Positions 58,099 through 64,000 of a DNA stretch of 64,000 nt are shown piece by piece. Below the pieces are notes generated by a model that saw only the letters and a program-made list of their open reading frames with translations, was not told the DNA's origin and searched no databases. Source of the stretch: a virus (taxonomy: Duplodnaviria > Heunggongvirae > Uroviricota > Caudoviricetes); IMG/VR virus record IMGVR_UViG_3300031414_000001, positions 96,001 to 160,000 of that record; one strand, 5' to 3'. The position numbers were made by a program, and so were the translations under genes. Position 1 is the first letter of the stretch. Each line of letters begins with the position of its first letter.

Positions 58099-59433
58099 TT
58101 ACTTCAGTGTACGTGCTTTACGCAGCAGTGGACCATATTCAGTAACGAATGGTTTAAATGCTGGAACTTCTTTATACGTAATGTTTACGTCAGCATCAGT
58201 AATAGCACGAATCGCGTGTACGATAAGTTCTTTCTGAGTATCAGAGAATTGTGAATCCAGGAAGGTTACAAAACTAGTACAGTACAAGCACCAGTCATCA
58301 AGTGATAGTGTACCATTCTGTTTGTATTCGAAGAATTCAATGATTTTCTGAGTAAGGCTCAGAGTGATGAAGTAGTTTTTAGAAATTTCTTTCTTGTGTT
58401 CACCGAAATCAGTTACAACACCAGTAAGAATATCCATTACATCTGGCAGGTCAGCCATGTTTTTGATGTAAGTTGTGTATTCAATACCAGCAGTACTACC
58501 AACACGACCAGCAACCATTGCTTTATATACTGGATCAGAAATACCTTTACTTCCACGAACGTTTTCAATGTCAGATACACGAGTCCATGAACGTGGGGAT
58601 GAACCACCACTATGACTTGTATCTTTTGGACTTAGGGTATTGAAGTGTTTTTCACCAGTCTGGTGAATAAACGCGATAGTACCTGGATTCAGACGTTTTG
58701 GAATTGCGAAGTTATTCAGCCAATCATTATAGTCTGGAATCATTTCTACGTGAGTCATACGGTCACGCAGTGGAGTTGCTAGTGAGAAGGTTACTCCACC
58801 ATCAGTTTCACGGTTCCCTGCTGCCAGAATCAAGCAACTTTCAGGAAGAACAAGTTCACCAACACGGCGATCAAGAATCAACTGATAAGATGCTGCCTGT
58901 ACAATTGGCATTGCGGAGTTAATTTCATCAAAGATGATAACACCTTGCCAATCTTTAGGAAGTTGAAGGATTTTAGGAGCAGCCCAAACAACACCAGTTT
59001 CTTCAGTGTATCCAGGATGATCAGCCAGTTCATGTTCCAGTACTACTTTACCAGCACGGTTCAGATAGTACTTAACAGGAATTGGAATACCACGAAGATC
59101 AGATGGTTCAACCTGTGAAAGACGGAAATCAATAAAGTTTTCATCTTGATCCAGCAGAGATTCTTCAAAGGCACGATAATCAGCCATTGTAACCATTTCA
59201 TCATCTGGATCTTCGGCACGTTGTAGCATATATGCTAAACGGTTAATATTGTTTTTACGCAGTGGATATTGTTCATTTGCGTATTGAAGGGCAATTGCGG
59301 ATTTACCAATGCCCGGAGAACCCCAAATCATCAAACTATCACGGCATAAATCTGCCACAATCATTGCTTCCATAATTTGAGAAGGTTTTAAATCATATTT
59401 CAGGGCGTTTTCAGGTGCTACAGCGTTACTCAT
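58099..59433 (-). CDS. MoxR-related AAA+ ATPase
   Basis: WGSPGIGKS, IDFRLSQVEPSDLRGIP, IIFDEIN, AAGNR, PLRDR, SPRSW; exact start uncertain (59433 or 59451). Confidence 0.85.
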   Translation of the reverse strand: MSNAVAPENALKYDLKPSQIMEAMIVADLCRDSLMIWGSPGIGKSAIALQYANEQYPLRKNNINRLAYMLQRAEDPDDEMVTMADYRAFEESLLDQDENFIDFRLSQVEPSDLRGIPIPVKYYLNRAGKVVLEHELADHPGYTEETGVVWAAPKILQLPKDWQGVIIFDEINSAMPIVQAASYQLILDRRVGELVLPESCLILAAGNRETDGGVTFSLATPLRDRMTHVEMIPDYNDWLNNFAIPKRLNPGTIAFIHQTGEKHFNTLSPKDTSHSGGSSPRSWTRVSDIENVRGSKGISDPVYKAMVAGRVGSTAGIEYTTYIKNMADLPDVMDILTGVVTDFGEHKKEISKNYFITLSLTQKIIEFFEYKQNGTLSLDDWCLYCTSFVTFLDSQFSDTQKELIVHAIRAITDADVNITYKEVPAFKPFVTEYGPLLRKARTLK

Positions 59434-59489
59434 ACTTATTTCTTCTACCATTTTGTTATGTTGAACTACATTAACCAAATCCGTTTGGC

Positions 59490-59524
59490 AAAAAAGAAAG
59501 CACTGAGTTTAGTCAGTGCTTTCA
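59490..59524 (-). terminator. Intrinsic terminator/attenuator in ATPase leader
   Basis: - strand GAAAGCACTGA-ctaaac-TCAGTGCTTTC followed by TTTTTT. Confidence 0.75.
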
Positions 59525-59551
59525 AGCTTCCATTGTTATCTTAACAATTCC

Positions 59552-59580
59552 ATTATACCACAAATTTACTTTCCGTTTCA
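59552..59580 (-). promoter_or_regulatory. Promoter TGAAACG-N11-TGTGGTATAAT
   Basis: Near-consensus copy with identical spacing. Confidence 0.7.
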
Positions 59581-59952
59581 CAAAAATGCGGCAAACAACT
59601 TAGAAAAATCATCTCTACAAAATGTGAGTTGTGCTATCACTAAGTCATCTGATAAGTACAAAGTATCTCCGACTATATAGTACGGAGTGGTGCAAATACG
59701 GTCTAAAGATGTGTAAACGTTCGAATTACGATCCTGCTTCTTAAGCGGAATAGCAAGGAACTCATATAAGGAATTGTCTTCGCATATCTGAAACCCTAAC
59801 TTACTCAACCGCAAGCCACCACCAGTTCTGTAATTATCAAAAATGGATAACAGTATCATTCTATCATTGAGTTCAGAATCGAATTCATAAACTTCTTTAA
59901 TAGCATTTAATACACCATATTGAATTTCAGTACTGTTGGTTCTTGGGACCAT
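59578..59952 (-). CDS. Hypothetical protein
   Basis: ORF at end of late operon; GGGLRLSKLG motif. Confidence 0.6.
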   Translation of the reverse strand: MVPRTNSTEIQYGVLNAIKEVYEFDSELNDRMILLSIFDNYRTGGGLRLSKLGFQICEDNSLYEFLAIPLKKQDRNSNVYTSLDRICTTPYYIVGDTLYLSDDLVIAQLTFCRDDFSKLFAAFL

Positions 59953-59954
59953 GA

Positions 59955-60362
59955 TTAGATTCCCACAAAACCTTTCTTCTCAGGATATGAAGAACCTTGT
60001 GGATTCTCATAATTCTGAGTGCCATTAGCATCAAAGGATGGTCCCATACCTTCAGCACCATGATCTTCTTCAAGTTCATCTTCACCAACATCTGATTCGA
60101 AATCATCAGAGTAATCATCTTCTGATACATCATCAGAACCAGTTAGTTCTTTAAGAGAATCAGAAATAGTTTTTAAGTCAGATGTTAGGGATGCTAAATC
60201 TTCGATTGAACCATCTGCTACTTTACCAGATAGTTCACGTAGGGAACCTACGATTTCTTTTAATAGTTCAGGAGCAGATTGCTCAGTTTCTTGTTCAAAC
60301 GAATCTTCGTCTGCTTCATAAATGTCATCAATAGATTCCATTAAAATTTTCATGCTACTCAT
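59955..60362 (-). CDS. Acidic probable internal head protein
   Basis: MSSMKILMES..IYEA processing-like motifs. Confidence 0.5.
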   Translation of the reverse strand: MSSMKILMESIDDIYEADEDSFEQETEQSAPELLKEIVGSLRELSGKVADGSIEDLASLTSDLKTISDSLKELTGSDDVSEDDYSDDFESDVGEDELEEDHGAEGMGPSFDANGTQNYENPQGSSYPEKKGFVGI

Positions 60363-61327
60363 TATAGACCTTCCATAAATTTCTTGTACTTGTTATTAAT
60401 TGATTCGAAAATGTCCTCAACGGATTCATCATCTTCTTCACTTTCATGTACAAGTGGATTGTCACCTAATGCTGTTCCAGGTTGTTTACCTTTATACGCA
60501 TGTCGAGAATGTTGAATACCTTCGTCATCATAGAATTCTGGATTTGGTTCAGTGGTAGCATCTTCTTGCATAGTTCTACGCCAGTAGAAAGCATTACCTT
60601 TAGGAACAACGATAAAGTTATCACCTTCAAAACCATTTGTTTGACGTTGACCATCAATTACACATTCATGTTCTGAACGGAATGGACCGAATTCTTTTTG
60701 AGAATCGGAAGCAATTGAATCTTCGTCTAGTGATAGATCTGGTAGGAGACTTTCAGAAACAGAATCATCAGCATCTTCTTCAGCAGCATCACTGCTATCA
60801 GCGTCTACATCATCTGCTTCATCATCATCAACACTTTCGTGGATACCTGCGAGGGAGGACATACGACCCATATCAAAATCATCATCACCAGTATAGCCAT
60901 CATCCATTTCTGGAGATCCCATTTCTGGTTCATCAAGTCCTAGACCTGGTTCTTCTGGAGCGTCCATAGCACCCATAGAGTCTACACCATCAGCCATGCC
61001 ACCGTCAAGCGAATCATCGCCGAAATCTGTCACAGAGCCAGCCAAATCACTGACTGCTGAGCCTAGAGCATCTTCCCCAGCACCTGACATATCATCAGCA
61101 CTTGGAGCCATATCTGGACTCATAATAGGTTGAGTTTCAGTTTCCCCGCCCATACTATCTAAATCTAGTGGAGCAATAGCAGGAATCGAAGTCATTCCAC
61201 CCAATTGAGAAGAACCACGTTCTGCTTGCCCTGCTAGAGCAAGCATACGAGATAGAGTATCAAGATCGCTAGATTCTAAACCTTGAACATCTATACGAAC
61301 GGATGCCTCATTAATTTGTTTTTTCAT
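60362..61327 (-). CDS. Acidic probable internal head protein
   Basis: QINEA, GIHES, SVSES, LVHES, IFES motifs; D/E-rich low complexity. Confidence 0.5.
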   Translation of the reverse strand: MKKQINEASVRIDVQGLESSDLDTLSRMLALAGQAERGSSQLGGMTSIPAIAPLDLDSMGGETETQPIMSPDMAPSADDMSGAGEDALGSAVSDLAGSVTDFGDDSLDGGMADGVDSMGAMDAPEEPGLGLDEPEMGSPEMDDGYTGDDDFDMGRMSSLAGIHESVDDDEADDVDADSSDAAEEDADDSVSESLLPDLSLDEDSIASDSQKEFGPFRSEHECVIDGQRQTNGFEGDNFIVVPKGNAFYWRRTMQEDATTEPNPEFYDDEGIQHSRHAYKGKQPGTALGDNPLVHESEEDDESVEDIFESINNKYKKFMEGL

Positions 61328-61349
61328 AAGAACTAATTCCTTTTATTAA

Positions 61350-62774
61350 TTAATCTTCATTATTTAATGATTTTAGAATCTCTGCTGCTTCCTTTTGTTT
61401 TCCAGAAAGAAGAATATCAGCAGCTAGTAGCGATAAGTCATCACCACGACTTAAAAGTACTACAATTTTACGTGCCATCGGATTAGATTTAATCTCATTA
61501 GCAAGTCCTTGTAGTGGATCATCACTATTAGTACTTTCATCACCAGCATTAGAACCCTGTTCAGGTGGAGTACCAGAACCATTAGAACTATCAGTACTTG
61601 AATCTTGTGGAGAACCCTGAGAATCTTGTGGTTGTCCTTCTGGAGAACTTTCATCACCAGATGGTTTCTGAGATAGATTAGCTAGTACTTTTTGTGCTGT
61701 ATCTGGTGGAAGTAGTTTTCCATTATCAGAAATGAAACGATTACCACCAACATAACGGTAAGTAATGCCTTTCTTGGATTTAAATTCTTGACCAATTTTC
61801 ACTGGAGAAGAAGAATTAAATTTACCAATTTCTGATTGAGCAGCACGTTCCAACATAGGAACAGATGAACTATTAACAGGTTTTTTAGTCGCTGAGTTAA
61901 ACCATTGACCATTTTTCTTGTAATAGTTATTACCTTTTTTGGATTTATATACATATCCATTAGGAACATCAGATGATGAAGTATCTTGAGCCGGAGCACC
62001 CTGAGAATCAGGATTTTCTGCTGGAGTTTCGTCTTGTGCTTGTTCTTGGTCTGGTTGACCTTCTTCAGAACCAGCATCAGTACTTTGATTAGCTTTTTCT
62101 TCTTTTGCTTTACGTTCTAGTCGATCAGTAAATTCACTTGAAGTTCTACGACCTTCATCTGTTACAAAAGCATCACCAACATAAGTTAATGTTTTTCCAT
62201 TATGTTCAATTTGAGTACCAATCGGCATTGCTGCTTTTGGATCGGTATTGTGTTGATTGATAATATCCAACGCATCATTGGTAATTTCTGAGCTTAGTTT
62301 TGGATTATGAACAGCTTGTTGATGTTCACTATCCCTGTTAATCCACCAACCATCTTTATAATAGTATCTGTCATTATTTCTTCCATAATGAGTTTGAAAG
62401 AAGTTAGGGATTTGATCATTTTTCTGACCAGGTTTATGTTGTTCTTCATCTGCTTCAACTAAACGCTGAATTTTGGAATTCATACTTTCAGAAAGTAGAT
62501 TACCTTGTAGTGAGAAGTTATTACGTCCAACATAGGTGTATTCGGATTCGTTTATAACATATCGCTTGCCAATTTGCAAGGAATTTTGTTCATTATGTTC
62601 TGCGATTTGACGAATCGCAGACTGATTCATTTTAAAGTTATGAGTACTTTGAACAGTATTCATTGTTTCACAATTAACCCATGAACCTTCAAGGTACATA
62701 TATTCTGTACCTTTATTAGATGTATATACGTAGTTATTTGGAATCGAATTGTTACTCGCTAGAGATTTAAACAT
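61350..62774 (-). CDS. Probable internal head protein with three tandem ~100-aa repeats
   Basis: Repeats PN.Y/F...Y...G.W.N ... IG......YVG..F; LLSES and RLVEA motifs. Confidence 0.55.
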   Translation of the reverse strand: MFKSLASNNSIPNNYVYTSNKGTEYMYLEGSWVNCETMNTVQSTHNFKMNQSAIRQIAEHNEQNSLQIGKRYVINESEYTYVGRNNFSLQGNLLSESMNSKIQRLVEADEEQHKPGQKNDQIPNFFQTHYGRNNDRYYYKDGWWINRDSEHQQAVHNPKLSSEITNDALDIINQHNTDPKAAMPIGTQIEHNGKTLTYVGDAFVTDEGRRTSSEFTDRLERKAKEEKANQSTDAGSEEGQPDQEQAQDETPAENPDSQGAPAQDTSSSDVPNGYVYKSKKGNNYYKKNGQWFNSATKKPVNSSSVPMLERAAQSEIGKFNSSSPVKIGQEFKSKKGITYRYVGGNRFISDNGKLLPPDTAQKVLANLSQKPSGDESSPEGQPQDSQGSPQDSSTDSSNGSGTPPEQGSNAGDESTNSDDPLQGLANEIKSNPMARKIVVLLSRGDDLSLLAADILLSGKQKEAAEILKSLNNED

Positions 62775-62786
62775 ATTCTTCTCCTA

Positions 62787-63362
62787 TTAAGAAATTAGTC
62801 TTAGTAGCTTAGCTCGATCAGCAGGAGATAATGAAGAAAGACGATCTGAAACGCTAGATCCTGAATTTCCACCTTGTCCTTGACTTGGTTGTGGATTATT
62901 TTGTCCTTGACCTTGTGGCTGTCCCTGGCCTTGTTGACCTTGAGATTGGTCAGTACTGCCTTGGGATTGTTGCTGATCTTGAGCATCATTGCCGTAGTCA
63001 GTATTTAGCTTCTGAACTGCTTTCATTAATGCCGCACCAACATCTTTAGGAACGAATGAACGACGTTCATTATCACCTAAGAAAGAGGTATCAAGTTTAT
63101 TACCTTTAAAAAATGCTGCTACATCTGCGTATGGAACTGCTTGTGGATGTGAACCGTACTTACGTCCAATATAACGCTTGAAGTCACTCCATAGTTGGTT
63201 TGCCATTTGTCCAGTTTCTTGAGCACCTTGCTCAACTTGTCCTGAACCAAAGAAACCTTTTACTTTGCCTTTTGCCGAGTCAACCGCTGATTGTGTACGA
63301 CTATAAGGACGTTCGTTTAATGGTTCTGGTTGACCATCAAACATTTCTTCTAAAAGACTCAT
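62787..63362 (-). CDS. Probable internal head protein with Q/G-rich tail
   Basis: MSLLEE..PLNER N-terminus; late operon. Confidence 0.5.
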   Translation of the reverse strand: MSLLEEMFDGQPEPLNERPYSRTQSAVDSAKGKVKGFFGSGQVEQGAQETGQMANQLWSDFKRYIGRKYGSHPQAVPYADVAAFFKGNKLDTSFLGDNERRSFVPKDVGAALMKAVQKLNTDYGNDAQDQQQSQGSTDQSQGQQGQGQPQGQGQNNPQPSQGQGGNSGSSVSDRLSSLSPADRAKLLRLIS

Positions 63363-63364
63363 AA

Positions 63365-63904
63365 TTACCCCTTCTTACCGAAGCCAGCAGACATATACTC
63401 TGCGTATGATTTATTCTTAGTACTGTCAATTGCATCTTTTACTGCTTTATCAGCACGACCTTGACCGCCGATTTCCTCAGCATTTACTTCAGGAACTTCT
63501 TTGTATTCAGGGTCTAAAAGACGTGGTTCGTATTCATCAAATTGAATATCATCTTCACAATCAGCAATTTCTTCCTGATATGGTTCTAGATTGTTACGAA
63601 CATGAATTAGTGCTTCTGACCAACTCAATAGACTGCCGATTTCAAATAGTAAGATTTGAGGTTGTACACCACGCTTACATTTAAAATCAAACATCCAAAT
63701 TTCACCACAATCTAGATTATAGAAATCTGTTGGGCGATCTTGGAAGATTGTTTTCTTCATTGGACCAACTTCAAAAGCATCATAACGGTCAGTAAGTCGA
63801 GTAACAACTTTATGCAATTCTTCGGAGCTTGGCTCACACGCAAATTTTACACGGTATGAATATTCTGGAGTAAGATCTGTTAAAATTTTCTGTAATTTAT
63901 TCAT
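63365..63904 (-). CDS. Hypothetical late protein
   Basis: ORF with GGAG SD; ATAAATA at 63933-63939 (-). Confidence 0.6.
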   Translation of the reverse strand: MNKLQKILTDLTPEYSYRVKFACEPSSEELHKVVTRLTDRYDAFEVGPMKKTIFQDRPTDFYNLDCGEIWMFDFKCKRGVQPQILLFEIGSLLSWSEALIHVRNNLEPYQEEIADCEDDIQFDEYEPRLLDPEYKEVPEVNAEEIGGQGRADKAVKDAIDSTKNKSYAEYMSAGFGKKG

Positions 63905-63931
63905 GTTAACTCCGAGTCACAGTATTTTATT

Positions 63932-64000
63932 TTATTTATTCTTATTCATAGCAGCAAGCATCTCATTTCGAGACTTCACGGCTACTACCTTCTCACCTTC
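63932..64000 (-). CDS. C-terminal fragment of an upstream gene
   Basis: Open frame EGEKVVAVKSRNEMLAAMNKNK-stop running off the window edge. Confidence 0.4.
   Translation of the reverse strand, partial: EGEKVVAVKSRNEMLAAMNKNK

Noticed and set aside
1-64000. Stop-codon reassignment (alternative genetic code)
   Set aside because: Standard code yields full-length, densely packed genes including a 10-kb ORF.

Overview
AT-rich 64-kb segment of a jumbo T4-superfamily myophage. Gene content and order suggest the RaK2/GAP32/121Q-like enterobacterial jumbo phages, which is an inference. The window holds the head module (gp23, gp22, gp21, core proteins, gp20), a probable tape measure and gp26/gp51-like pair, and endonuclease VII with gp46/gp47/gp55. 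It also holds the baseplate (gp53, gp27, gp5, lysozyme, gp25, gp6, a ~3340-aa wedge), a phage ClpA, neck gp14/gp15, a Nudix hydrolase, tail fibres, thymidylate synthase, a MoxR-like ATPase/vWA-metallopeptidase pair and a cluster of probable capsid-internal proteins. The most notable signals beyond the genes are: (1) five exactly spaced copies of a non-canonical promoter, TGGAACG-N11-TGTGGTATAAT; (2) one of these fires into a ~650-nt, densely structured region with no credible ORF (candidate large ncRNA or R-loop origin); (3) strong window-wide over-representation of the palindrome AGTACT; (4) a candidate -1 frameshift (T TTT TTC) fusing the gp26-like and gp51-like ORFs, as in lambda G/GT; (5) a promoter-proximal terminator or attenuator before the ATPase/vWA operon. 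All product calls come from motif recognition by eye; no database searches were run.
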